64,000 nt of DNA from Phoronis australis (GCA_002633005.1 NMRA01000221.1:1-64000); one strand, 5' to 3'; shown: positions 13,201-25,861, numbered from the stretch's first letter. The notes: generated from the letters alone by a model not told the origin. A program made the numbers and translations.

Positions 13201-16200
13201 TTCCCCACGAATTGACCATTGGTTTTTAATACTTTTCTGGAGTCGCAGAAGCCTGAGGGGAGTCCGATTGCAGTAAACTCTCGCACTAAAATGCATTCTC
13301 AGTATGATCTTATTCTGAATAGCCAACGAACATCGGTAATGCTAGTGCTTCATGTAATACATGTATTTGTTACTTGTTGTTAAAATGACAGAATAGGGTT
13401 GTGTGGTGCAGTAGTCTAGAATAAAAAAGAAACACCGAAAACAAATTGCAACAACGATTGATTGTATACCAAATGAAGATGGATCTTGGGCTGACCTATA
13501 ACACGATGTCTAAGAATAAGTAGAACTTCTTTTGTAAAGGAGAGGTAGGGGACAATTTATCCTTATACATACCTAGATGTCAGAAAATGACTGTGGGTTT
13601 GTTTAAAAGGTAGCTATATATGCTTTGAGATTGTTCATAGATGGAGAGAGAATGATTAAGTCCAGTAATTGATTTATTATATGAAAACCAAGTGAAACGC
13701 GTCTATCAAGTAAACTAACAATGAAGAAGAGTAACTACGCTAGCGCTCTCTGTAAGAATTACTTCAATCAATTAACCAAAATAAACAAACGTCTCATGTG
13801 GTATCCAAGGCGTAATACGCTCCATTTGTTGGTAGGACGCTCCACTTGTTGGATGACAGTCCTGTTGGTGAATCTTCGAACTACACACACTGTACTAAGA
13901 TAGTGTACTCTCTGGTCACACTTCTTTGTGACACAACACTTGCAGGCACTATCTTCTACTCACGATTCCTCTTGCTAGTCACAGCCTCTCGTGACGCAAC
14001 ACGTATAGGCAGTATCGTACTACCCACGATGCAAGTGACAAGCCCTTAGTTAACTTCCTGTTCGTTCACCCTTGCCCTTGCCAAGATCTTATTAGAATCT
14101 TCCACGAGATGGCTCTGTTTTACAATTTCCTCTGTACACTGTTACGTAGCAAGTCTTTTAGCTTCAACTACTATAGCTCCTCTGAGTATTCTGTTAACTT
14201 CAGCCCAAATTATAATAATGTACTTATTTAACGATTGGATAATAAAAAACACATGATGATATCCAATCATACCATTGGCTGTTACGATGATATCTAATCA
14301 TATCTTTGGCTGTTACGATTTGCTCTCAAAAATTATTAGAATATTTAGAGTTCTTTGACCCCAAAACCAAAGTAGTAAACATCATCTAAAATATACCTTG
14401 ACGAAAACAAATGTCTGCAGGTTTGACCCCATGATTTAAAAGTACATGTGCACAAATTTGGGCAACTTAAAATTGGTCTATATTTACTAATTACTAAATC
14501 AATATTTATTCTGACACCAGATGCTAGACGTGATCTACCAGGATTAACTTTGCTGTTTTGGCCTAAAACTGAGAAGGCCGTCATTGTGACGCTTGTTTCT
14601 AAATCATGAAAAAAACTATGTTGTTGGGTATATGCCATGTATTAAAGGTTGTGTAGGACCCTAGATAGATTTACATTCCTTCGGATCATCATATCTCAGA
14701 AATTGCTGATAGACCTTATATGAAACTTTCACACTACGCTTCATCCACTTTTCTCCAAAAGGCGTTCTGTTGCATGAAACGAAAACGAAAAATAAGTTAG
14801 GAAACTGACTATGTTAAACATAGTTGTGAAACTTCATTTTCAGCGTCCATATCAATTTAGTCACGGTATGGTTTCCATCGTTTGCCTACGATTTTACCTT
14901 TCCTCTTTTGCTGAGTTTGACTTAAAAACATGGTCACGTGACCTGCTTCATAAGAGATTGGTATAAAGCTAAAGGTCAAATTTTACTGCTTTCCTTCTTT
15001 CAGAGAATGTATACTTCAACCAAGTTAAAATCTATACTACTGCAGTTATATGGCTAAATACGCAAACTGAGGTCTGCTTAATCTAATTTATTCTCTGTGA
15101 CGGATGCTTTTGTCCAATACGAAGCACAAACAAACATTTCGTTTGTTGAACCTAAAAGCTTTGCTACGTGATAGAAAACCCTTTTAACCACTATTTGAAA
15201 ATCCAAAGTGCCATTCAGCCGAATGGGAGGAGGGTGCCTACTTTACATGTAAGTATCTGTTCGGCGGATATAATTCTGGGCAGACATGTTCAATTCATTG
15301 TACATTGATCATTTGTCACTCACAAATACACCATCAGGCTCTGAACTGTGTCAGCCTTTATGATTGAACTCTAATATGTAAAAATACTGATTTTTTATGA
15401 AAACAGCATTACTTTTACTACCTTTTTGCTGCTGGCTGGGAAGTATGATAACTATTCAAATGTAAGAATATGAGTCATTTTCAAAGGAACGTCTCGCATT
15501 TTCCATTCATTGTTCAAGAGATGGAATGTGATAATAAAGGTATTCGGATACTTTAAACGGCAATTTTGGGAAATTTATATACAAAACCCAAATTTCTACG
15601 TTGTTATTTTACAAAATGCTTTTGACTTCAGCCCATATGACGATACACGTTTAAAATGGCTACGGACGAGAATTGTCCATAGAATATAAATAGCAAATAC
15701 ATGTACATGTAGGTTATTGTTACTCAGGGCAAGAGATTCTTATTTGTGCAACTTCTGTCATGCGCAGTCAGAGGCCGATGTTTACTTGTTTCTTGATCGT
15801 CCTTTGGAAAGTACATATATACCTGAATTTCTCTCTAATGTAGAGAAATAAGCAAATGCTGATTTGGCTGTCTTCACTGTCATGCGTGGATTGAGTAGGT
15901 GCAGATTTAAGTCACTGAATATTTTTATCACTCTAGCTAAAGGAAGTATTAAACCATCCAATGCAGAACAAAATACCGTCTATCACAACTTACAAATTTG
16001 AATTAACTTAAGTTAATTAGTATATCTTAGCTAAATATGGAAACGAAGAATATTTGGAAACTACTAGCACATTTTTAATAGCAATTCTCTGGCGTTGTAA
16101 TTAGGTAATATATGCGGTTTAGCCTAGCATTAGTATGATTGTCTGTCACTCCATTATTAATTCTATGAAGTATTCACATTATACTATATTGTAGAGCTCT

Positions 16201-17336
16201 TGTTTCTGTATTCGACGTTTTCTTATTCGATAAATAGAAAAACACGAAAAAACTCTGGCCTTGCGGTATAAAGAAAACTAGGAATGAGACCCAAATCATA
16301 ACTGAACCAGTTTGCATTGAGTTTGGCAGGAATGGGAAAGATGGAGCGTTTTGACAGGGATTTTGAGCCCGGAAAACACAGGAAATGGGGAAGGCAGAAT
16401 CACGATAGACTACCTGAGATCTTTGGGACAGGAGCATCAGCTGGAAAAATATAAGTACCGGAAATACCGTTGTTGGCCTGGGAAAAATGAATGTTTTAAT
16501 AAGACAAAAGTACCTTCATTCCCAAAACTAAAATTAAAATGGATTTATTTTTGATACATTGATAAAACTATTTTGCAAGTTTGAACATTTCGTATTTTAC
16601 AGAAGTTGTTGCATGGTTGTGGTAGCAACATTTATTCAAATCAATGGAAACATAAACACATGGAACATAATAATGAAATTATACATATGTGTGTAGGTGT
16701 GAGCGTGTACATGTATGTGCGTGTGTATGTGCATAATTATTCATGTATGTACGTGTGTGAAGAAATGCATACTTTGGTGTAAGCTCTGCAGAAGGCTTTC
16801 TGGTAGCGTTTAGTTTTAAGGTCGTGTGCAGTGTATGCCAACGATAAGCTCTAGCTCTTACATTACCGACCACTTTTATCAACAGGTTACAGCTGCCTAC
16901 ATAGGAGACGATATCTTTGGAACATACACAACCGGTTCTAACGCGAAGTTGAAGCGAGTAGGCAAGTCTAAATATTGCTCTGTAAGAGGGAACGCCATGA
17001 TGTCACGTAAAGACTCGGACTTTCCGGCGAGATGGAACGACGGATTCCAAAAGATTGTGTCCAGTGGTGCCTTTAAAAAACTGTGTGATCAAGCAAAGGC
17101 AACTCATAACGCAGGTAACTGTCGTTTTATCTCAATGAAATTTTCTTTCTTTGCTCGTACGACCTTGTGCATGAGATCTGACATGCCATTGTCCTTGTGT
17201 TGTGCTTGCCGAAAGATTGCTTTAGTAATCTAATCAATAACTAAACTTGGCAATACCTTCATAAACATTTTGAGTAAAAAGTATTCTCGGTCTTGTTTCA
17301 TTTTTAGATATGAAGGGAAGAATTGACTGCATTTGA
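4147..17336 (+). CDS. Spliced gene (7 exons, 300 aa): secreted free-standing solute-binding-protein family 3 (SBP_bac_3 / periplasmic binding protein type II)-like protein
   Basis: Exons 4147-4201, 4883-5033, 5468-5517, 8486-8746, 11428-11555, 16886-17114, 17308-17336. All introns are GT-AG, phases match (1,2,1,1,0,1), total 903 nt with no internal stop. Protein: MGMRSKQQNVKLSESGNL-VLISSVLLSCAISFTYARS...KRIYTIAHGHEWGAYEYI-NKGGRIEGFMLDLIREV-CAAAGMDCRLVWEPYQNCI...GLMSNWYDACSGWFVSTTRMSIFSFSESF...YKAHKIG-FVDGW...DLLNAVTEGK-VTAAYIGDD...WNDGFQKIVSSGAFKKLCD...DMKGRIDCI*. Motif order matches HisJ/ArgT-type SBPs, recognised by eye. Exon 1 is the least certain. Confidence 0.85.
4883..5033 (+). CDS. SBP-like gene exon 2 (signal-peptide core and KRIYTIAHGHEWGAYEY)
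   Basis: Acceptor tgtttacttttcag, donor AT|GTGAGT; hydrophobic stretch VLISSVLLSCAISFTYA. Confidence 0.85.
5468..5517 (+). CDS. SBP-like gene exon 3 (NKGGRIEGFMLDLIRE)
   Basis: Acceptor ttgttgtttgtag, donor G|GTAAGT; bridges phase 2 to phase 1; resembles the G-x-x-x-G-F-x-x-D-L motif of SBP family 3. Confidence 0.9.
6086..6168 (+). repeat. Short degenerate tandem repeat, about 21-bp unit
   Basis: 3-4 copies of aattatggtataa(c/t)att(c/t)at. Confidence 0.55.
6480..6850 (-). mobile_element. Decayed SWIM-finger-like transposon ORF fragment
   Basis: Frameshifted GSCTCSIALA...CSHF on the minus strand, reminiscent of the SWIM domain in ISL2EU second ORFs; no termini identified. Confidence 0.3.
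7243..8013. mobile_element. Foldback/composite MITE with about 140-bp inverted arms
   Basis: 7243-7382 and 7869-8013 are inverted copies; each arm is two about 68-bp units bounded by CATGGGCGG...CCGCCCATG; no clear TSD. Confidence 0.65.
8486..8746 (+). CDS. SBP-like gene exon 4
   Basis: Acceptor ttttatttttag, donor G|GTAAAT; overlaps ORF 8503..8778; carries C-x6-C and the STTRMSIFSFS motif. Confidence 0.9.
11428..11555 (+). CDS. SBP-like gene exon 5 (GFVDGWIYDEKC...LLNAVTEGK)
   Basis: Acceptor tttgtatttacag, donor AAA|GTAAGT; open in the required phase; too short for the ORF track. Confidence 0.9.
11690..12981 (-). mobile_element. Non-autonomous P-element/THAP-type DNA transposon (same family as 43260-44383)
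   Basis: Inverted homologue of 43260-44383; terminus CAAGGGGTTTAGTATAATAGGAGAG at 12981; THAP first exon MGKGAFCSATHCTNSS.. with frameshift; left end eroded. Confidence 0.7.
16886..17114 (+). CDS. SBP-like gene exon 6
   Basis: Acceptor cttttatcaacag, donor G|GTAACT; lies within ORF 16826..17233. Confidence 0.9.
17308..17336 (+). CDS. SBP-like gene terminal exon (DMKGRIDCI*)
   Basis: Acceptor tgtttcatttttag; phase 1; TGA at 17334-17336, followed by AT-rich UTR-like sequence with ATTAAA near 17412. Confidence 0.8.
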
Positions 17337-17825
17337 GAAGACATCTTTATTCAGTTATAAAAGAAAATTAGAAGCATATTTTAAGAAGATTTGATTCTTA
17401 AGTTACGTATTATTAAAGACTAGTTGCAAAATCCTGATCGTTTCATTTAAGTTTAAGCCATTATAAAATTAAGTTCATTTTAACCATTGTTTCTTGCCAA
17501 ACAATGTTCCTTTAACATGACATCCTTTTTCAAAAATGACTTCATTTTAAGGTGTTTACCTTTGAATTTCAATAACCACGAATGTAAAAAGATATACCGA
17601 GCGTTGTTTAAGTAATATAAGTGTTACCTCAGGACATACCGTTTCACATAGCGACGAGTGTTGAACATTTAAACTAACTTATGCCAACTTCACAGAAATG
17701 GAGTTAGAGCAAGACAAGCTAAATGTATTTGGTGATGTTGCGGACGGAATGGTTTGCATAGGTTTTAATTTTGTATTAATAGAACCACTTCATTCGTGTT
17801 TTACGCTCCTTCCCTCGTAGCCGCG

Positions 17826-20101
17826 CGCCCAACTCTAACCTTTCATTAACTCGACATACATGTAAAAATGTAATGAAAACTATATTCAGATACTTTACAA
17901 ATTATCCCAATGAGTTATATCTATTTAGATTGCTCACCCACAGAGAGTACCTCTAAAAATCACAAAACCACATGAATGAATAAGTTCAGGCCTTTAGGTA
18001 TAGGTCAAGTTTCTTGTTTAAAGATTGTCAAATGAATACCACAAAAAGTTTTTAATGGGAACCAATGGCCTTGTACGAACAGACAAAACTTCTTTAACAA
18101 GAAAATCGCTACAATTAACTTTATTTACAGAGACGACTTGATTCTTTCAAAAAGCTAAATCTCAGATTTCGTGTGTTCTACATAATGAGTACATATTTCA
18201 CTGTAGAAATCCTGGGTTGATTCATTTTTGTTTTTGTCTATTTTAGCACACATCTGGTTGTGTTTTATGGCACTATTAATTCTTTTTGTTTTTTGCATTG
18301 AGATTCGACTTGCTAGTATCTCTGCACTCAAAACAAGTTGTGAGACTACTGCAATAAGAAAAACGCATCAGCTTCCAATAAAGCTATGCCATTGTACTCC
18401 ATCGTATTTTGGAAAAAATCTTTTCTTCATGTACTATTCTGCGCTTGGAAAGGTTAAAGTTAAACCATGTTTTTTTAAAAACGTCTAACCGTGTCGTTAT
18501 CATCCATAATCAATTTCAAGGTGACATTTTGTATTTACAACACAATACTGTTCATTCCACAAGACACAAGCTTTACAAACGTTTCCCTAAGTTAAAGAAC
18601 AGTATAGCTTGGAGTTTCATATTTTGTTGCTAAGTGTACGATTCTGGTTTAACCATTCATCTTAAATATTCCATAAACTTGTGTTCCGTCAGAGGAGGTA
18701 ACCTTTGGACCTTGGATTACTTAAAACTAGAAAATTCAGCTCAGGTTCTTCCTAATTCAGTTGAGAGGTGGTGTCTTAGCGTACAGAGAACTGACGTTTC
18801 CTTATTGTTTGAGAACATTCTCCGTGTATAGGCTTTTCCCGATGGAGAAACGGACCCCAAACCTTCGGGGGTTGCAGATAATAGGAATAGTTACCTAATG
18901 CCAGAAAAAATGTTGAAAATAATCTTGTGCTTGAAAGAAAGTGAGCCTGGACAAGTGAAGAATGTATTTTGTGGATCTCATGGCTCATCGTGATTCCTAT
19001 TAATGTGACCAGCTTGTATAAATTTTGGATACTGACATCACTCAGTGTATCGCAACAAACAACCGAAATCACATGAATCAAGGTTGGAAAAAGAAGTGTA
19101 GGCTAATCATCTGTGTTTATCATCGGACTCGGTTATATTGATTTCATCAAAAAATCATATCCTCGCAAACTTTTGGTTTGCTTTGCATGAGTTTGTCATT
19201 TTAATGTTAAAACACTGCCTTCTACACTAACCAATGTACGGAGTGATCCAGATACCCACCCTGAATAACATATCATAAAATATATGTGAAACGTTATGTT
19301 TTTAGTGACTTTGTATAATGTGCACTTTGAACAGATTAAGGCGCTCGAAGTAAGTGCCCCGACAATAGTGAACAACGACTTTACAATGTTTGGATTGGAA
19401 GTTGAAACTCGCCGTCAACCGCAATATTTGCTACTACTGGAATAAACGTTTATAATTCGACGGAACAATGAACCATTTCTTAGGCGAGGGCTCCCAATGC
19501 CCTCGTGCGATCTCCCAATGCTCCCTATTGCACGTCAAAGTCTACACCAACGAAGTTCTTGCCGTGAGACTTGTCCAAGAAAATGCTCTGTAAACCATTG
19601 ACTGGTCTGGTGACCACTCTCAGCCTGGGAATATTGTAAAATTATTTGACCGGCCGAGACGTCCTCTGGAATTAAATGACACCCACAGAATTTGTTGGTC
19701 TGTTCAAATGGTATAGGATTTTCTAAAAAACTGTCGCTCAAGTCAGGTGTGTATAGATGGATGGCTGCGATGAATACAGTCACATGCCACCTGTGAACCA
19801 TGATGTCGGTATCAACAATTAACACTTTCTTCCTGAAAATAATATGAGTTGGTGAATGAGACATGACATGAATCAGTTTGCTTAGTCATTTAATACTTTG
19901 GATTTTCTACTACGCTTCAGCTAGGAACCAGTACTAGGCTTCAGTCAATAATTTTACGATAAAGTGGATGTAAAGAGCCAGCAATGCATTTTCTCTTCCT
20001 TTCTAGCCATTCCGTACCATTCTTCTGGAGTGTAAAATTAAGAAATTTCCACTGTTACGATCTAATCTAGAACTTGTTAAGAACGCCTTTTGTGTTGCTA
20101 T
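17826..20101 (+). repeat. Segment repeated at 20491-22770 (probable allelic copy)
   Basis: Colinear near-identical sequence with scattered SNPs and indels; the second copy starts immediately after the N at 20490. Confidence 0.9.
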
Positions 20102-23100
20102 TCACCTATTTCACGAAAGCGCCATCTTCCCGCGCCATCTTTAAATACTGATCGAAAGCGAGGCACACTGATAAAACCTCGTGAGTGATCATCAGCTGGC
20201 CATGGTGTACTGTGCAGTGCCTGAACGTACCAATTCCAGTAATATCTCGTCGGTATCCTTCCCAGGGATATACTTAGCCATTCGCCCAGTCGCCAATGCG
20301 AGTAAAAATGGTGTTGGGCGAGTAGAAGTTGACTTGCCGGTCGCCCGGTGGCGAGCGAATTTCAGAGCGCAAAAGCACTATATATCGTTTCCCAGATGAA
20401 TATGAATAATTTTCCTCCTCCTTGTGCTGTTTTTATCATGAATTTAAGGTTCAGTTTGGTCATCGTGTCGATGCTCCGGCAGTAAAAAANCGCCCAACTC
20501 TAACCTTTCATTAACTCGACATACATGTAAAAATGTAATGGAAACTATATTCAGATACTTTACAAATTATCCCAATGAGTTATATCTATTTAGATTGCTC
20601 ACCCACAGAGAGTACCTCTCAAAATCACAAAACCACATGAATGAATAAGTTCAGGCCTTTAGGTATAGGTCAAGTTTCTTGTTTAAAGATTGTCAAATGA
20701 ATACCACAAAAAGTTTTTAATGGGAACCAATGGCTTTGTACGAACAGACAAAACTTCCTTAACAAGAAAATCGCTACAATTAACTTTATTTACATAGACG
20801 ACTTGATTCTTTCAAAAAAGCTAAATCTCACATTTCGTGTGCTCTACATAATGAGTACATATTTCACTGTAGAAATCCTGGGTTGATTCATTTTTGTTTT
20901 TGTCCATTTTAGTGCACATTTGGTTGTGTTTTATGACACTATTAATTCTTTTTGTTTTTTGCATTGAGATTCGACTGTCTAGTATCTCTGCACTCAAAAC
21001 AAGTTGTGAGACTACTGCAATAAGAAAAACGCATCAGCTATAATAAAGCTATACCATTGTACTCCATCGTATTTTGGAAAAAATCGTTTCTTCATGTACT
21101 ATTCTGCGCTTGGAAATGTTAAAGTTAAACCATGTTTTTTAAAAAACGTCTAACCGTGTCGTTGTCATCCATAATCAATTTCAAGCTGGCATTTTGTATT
21201 TTGTTCACCATCACAATACTGTTCATTCCACAAGACACAAGCTTTACAAACGTTTCCCTAAGTTAAAGAACAGTATAACTTAGAGTTTCATATTTTGTTG
21301 CTAAGTGTACTATTCTGGTTTAACCATTCATCTTAAATATTCCATTAACTTGTGTTCCGTCAGAGGAGGTAACCTTTGGACCTTGGATTACTTAAAACTA
21401 GAAAATTCAGCTCAACTTCTTCCTAATTCAGTTGAGAGGTGGTGTCTTAGCGTAGAGAGAACTGACGTTTCCTTATTGTTTGAGAACATTCTCCGTGTAT
21501 AGGCTTTTCCAGATGGAGAAACGGACCCCACACCTTCGGGGGTTGCAGATAATAGGAATAGTTACCTAATGCCAGAAAAATGTTGAAAATAATCTTGTAC
21601 TTGAAAGAAAATGAGCCTGGACAAGTGAAGACTGTATTTTGTGGATCTCATGGCTCATCGTGATTCCTATTAATGTGACCAGCTTATATAAATTTTGGAT
21701 ACTGACATCACTCAGTGTATCGCAACAAACAACCGAAATCACATGAATCAAGGTTGGAAAAAGAAGTGTAGGCTAATCATCTGTGTTCATCATCGGACTC
21801 AGTTATATTGATTTCATCAAAAAATCATATCCTCGCAAACTTTTGGTTTGCATTGCATGAGTTTGTCATTTTAATGTTAAAACACTGCCTTCTACACTAA
21901 CCAATGTAAAGAGTGATCCAGGTACCCACCCTAAGTAACATATCATAAAATATATGTGAAACGTTTTGTTTTTAGTGAATGTGTATAATGTGCACTTTGA
22001 ACAGATTAAGGCGCTCAAAGTAAGTGCCCCGACAATAGTGAACAACCACTTTACAATGTTTGGATTGGAAGTTTAAACTCGCCGTCAACGTTTATAATGC
22101 GGCTGAACGTTGATCCATTTCTTAGGCCAGGGCTCCCAATGCCCTCGTGCGATCTCCCATGCTCCCTATTGCAAGTCAAAGTCTACACCAAAGAAGTTCT
22201 TGTCGTGAGACTTGTCCAAGAAAATACTCTGTAAACCATTGACTGGTCTTGTGACCACTCTCTGCCTGGGAATATTGTAAAATTATTTGACCGGCCGAGA
22301 CGTCCTCTGGAATTAAATGACACCCACAGAATTTGTTGGTCTGTTCAAATGGTATACGATTTTCTAGAAAACTGTCGCTCAAGTCAGATGTGTATAGATG
22401 GATGGCTGCGGTGAATACAGCCACATGCTACCAGTGAACGATGATTTCGGTATCAACAATTTTAATTGTTTTCAAGAAGAAAGTGTTAAAACACTTTCTT
22501 CCTGAAAATAATATGAGGTGGTGACTGAGACATGACATGAATCAGTTTGCTTAGTCATTTAATACTTTGGATTTTCTACTACCCTTCAGCTAGGAACCAT
22601 TACTAGGCTTCAGTCAATAATTTTACGATACAGTGGATGTAAAGAGCCAGCAATGCATTTTCTCTTCGTTTCTAGCCATTACGTACCATTCTTCTGGAGT
22701 GTAAAATTAAAAAAAATCCAATGTTACGATCTAATCTAGAATTTGTTAAGCACGCCATTTGTGTTGCTCTACAATACTGTGAATAAGCTGCTCAGAGCTT
22801 ACAGTCACACAAAGGAATGAAAAGGTGGAAGTTAAGTCTATCAACTTCTCTCAAAGTCAACCATTTTTCTCCATTCTTATTTTTTGGCGAAAGTATTTCA
22901 TACAAAACAGATCTGCTGCACATTTGTTAAAAGTGGTTTGCAAATAATAATTTTAAATATCGGTTTGCGTCAGGCGCGCTGTTTACAACATTACTGCTGG
23001 ATTATGTGAGCATCAGATGAAGGAGACAATACGGGAACTGGGTTTATGTACAGTAAACGTTGTCAAACTGGTAACGACAAGGCTGTATCCCGACTGGCCG

Positions 23101-23537
23101 ACCCGGCAGTCGGGATACTCAATCCACAGCGTGGGCGCGTAACGGCTCTATCGATAGAGTTATTATTTTCACCGAAAGACCTTTTAACTTTGTCTCAGTG
23201 GTCGTTAACAATAAATGCATTTGAATATGCGCTCGTGCACATAATAGGTCACGCATGGTAGTACCTAATTGGCATGTTTGCACTTGGTGACCACAGCATT
23301 AGAGTTACAAATTCGAATAAAAAGTACAACTTCGTAAATAAACAGTAGGTGAAACTACTCTTTCTTGAACTTAACGATCTCATTGCTAAAACAAAACTTT
23401 GCTTATTTTCTCTCCCCCATTACCGCAAATCTTTACCGCTGTTTTTGATTCTGTGTCGTCGGTTCGTAGACCTGGAATCGTTTGTTATCGATGGAATACA
23501 TTCGGGCCATAATGTACATTAGCACAGAATTAAAGTT

Positions 23538-24201
23538 TGTCAGAATTTATTCTGAGACCGTTATTATTTTGTTTTGTTTTGTTGTTGTTTGATTGGCACG
23601 ACCCCTGAGTTCAGTACATTGATGATGTAATTTGTTTACTAAAGTATAGTGTGGAACAATCTAGACAATTCTAGCATGATAGTGATTAATGTAATCTGGA
23701 ATATTCTAGAGACTATGTTTGTAGAATGATTGGGTAAATTCAGGAAAGTTCTAGAATGTGCTTGAATTGATGGAATGTTCTAGAACGATGCATTAGGCTA
23801 TAAACACACAAGCACGGGTTGGTGTTAGTCAGTTAAAGTCAGTTAATCAGAAGTTAATCAGAAGAAAGGCAGTTAATCAGTTAAAGAGTTGCAGTGAAGA
23901 GAATCGGCAGTTACAGCGACAGTCACGAAAGAGCCAGCTACACAGCGGGTTATTGAATCAACGAGAGTAACAGTTGCTGAACGTGTCTCAGAAGTTCATC
24001 ACAAGTCAAGGCTTCGCAGCACTGGCTGGAGCATAAAACAGACATTACGTCGGACGTTTTGCTTGAGTAGGATTGTGAACGTGCGGTCGAGTTTATTAAA
24101 GATTTAACTCGAACCAGTCTTCAGTTTATTGTCGCAACGAAAGCTATTAGCACCGGTCTGTAACAAACTGCGCCCACCCTTACACGGGGAAAAGCGTGAA
24201 A
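23538..24201 (+). mobile_element. Solo LTR (allelic copy at 28330-28995)
   Basis: TGTCA...GTGA(A)A with 5-bp TSD AAGTT; internal TATAAA and ATTAAA; absent from the paralogous site near 56425. Confidence 0.75.
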
Positions 24202-25305
24202 AAGTTCTTTATTTTGCGTTCACACTAAAGTAATACAGAAATTCTAATTTTATTTTGGCGCCGTTGTCTGGAAATTTGCCTTCCGGCCTTGCACATTGAG
24301 AAAATAACATTCATTTAAGAGGTAGCTTACTGACAAACCATTTTATTTCAGATTATAGACGCAAGTCAACAACATGAAAAAAACGAGATACATGTATAGG
24401 GCGAAGAACCAATTTCTAAGGAACCATCAATTCATATGTTAAATTTTAAACCATTTATACATATAACCACCACCAGAGTTGATGTTATAACTTGAATGAT
24501 TTTCCAGTTGGTAGGTCTACGTCGTAGGGTCAACGAATTTCTACCCAGGCTCCAGGTACTATCACCACGCTGAAATAAAACATTTGAACATCGCTCAATA
24601 ATACGTATGTTTAGGGTCAACTGGTAGAAAGGTCACCGATTGTGATTGATATTAATTGGATACCAAAGCCTGTCTTGTTGTTCTTATATTATTAACACTT
24701 GCTAATTCATCATTGGCGTCAATCTTGAATGATAAAGACAGGAATCAACCGAAAATGTATCTTTTCTATCTCATAAATTGGATATTACGGTCCTTGGTGA
24801 GTGGTATTTTCGCACAGCAGCTGTGCAATTCGATAAAACCACAGTTCATGCTCTCTCATATAGCCTTGAAAGGAGTTTTCAAATTTTCGTATAAAACTTT
24901 TGAGGTTTCAGTGGCGAGGGTTGCAGTGCACTATCTTGTTTCAGCGAACTAGGGAGTCGTTTTGGTATCTCTTAATAGGCCAAACTGGATTTGGTGTCCT
25001 TTTAAGTCTAAAGACTTCGTGCTCATATGTAGTAGTGGTTTAGTCACAACAAATTGCGTGCAGAAAAGCAAAATCACGCTTCGCTGAACAATTTCTACAA
25101 TGTTAATCATGATGAGCTCGTATCACCGATGATGAATTCAAAGCTGCAGCATAGATATCCGCACCGAGGATCACGCTTCCATACAGAATTAATATTCGTT
25201 TTAAACCACTCCAGGTTACGGGCGTTGTATCGTGCTCAACATAATTGTCTCACTACCTAAATTATCTATTTGTGAACTATGTACAATTTTGAATCTCATA
25301 CTCAC

Positions 25306-25395
25306 GGCTATCATCATCAACTCTTTGCTCGTCGTAGTTCTCATCTCTTTTGCTCAGCGCTATTCTCATTTCATATGTATCAAGTACGCCGTTAC
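25306..25395 (-). CDS. Second (probably allelic) copy of gene A exon 4
   Basis: Same as 30177-30088 except GAG(E) for AAG(K); lies inside the N-bounded segment 20491-26647. Confidence 0.6.
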
Positions 25396-25821
25396 CTGCA
25401 AGTACATGTACATATCACAAAACATTAGGCCTACACGACAGCCATAAACCTACAGAAGCGTCTAAAACAAACGGGTAGCCTATACTTTTTACAATGACAT
25501 CATGCCGGCTTGAGATATGAAACCCATGCAGTAACCTTAATTTGCGTACAAAAATCCCAAAATTTCCTTTCCGTGGCTGTTGATTGGCTGCCATCTTCCT
25601 CAGTAATGACTACCACAAGGAGAATATCTTGAAAAATACGTTGTTAATAGGGCTAGGGGAGCCCTTATCTCAGTAATTTATATATCTTACCGTGTGATGT
25701 AAATAGACTCTAGTATTCTGTGTTTGTATAACAAGTCCGTAGCCAGAGTGGTTCGAACGAACCCCTCCTCTTGCGGAAAAGGTCCAGGACAAGTCTATCC
25801 GTTAAAGATAGGCTATAGGTG

Positions 25822-25861
25822 GACAACAACGACAACGACAACGACGACAACTACAACAACA
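25822..25861 (+). repeat. (ACA/ACG)n microsatellite; shorter allele at about 30605-30635
   Basis: Directly visible; explains the poly-Thr ORFs 25724..26023 and 30501..30797. Confidence 0.85.

Noticed and set aside
13751-14124. Possible solo LTR (TGTAA...TTACA)
   Set aside because: Flanks CTCTC/ATTTC are not a convincing TSD and no second copy is in the window.
4147-17336. Bacterial contamination as the source of the SBP-like sequence
   Set aside because: The coding sequence is split by six spliceosomal introns containing animal transposons.
25219-25256. Conserved GTAGTGAGACAATTA block just downstream of exon 4 in A and B as an extra exon
   Set aside because: It would need a 47-57 nt intron and the frames are not conserved between paralogues (stops); treated as conserved intron.
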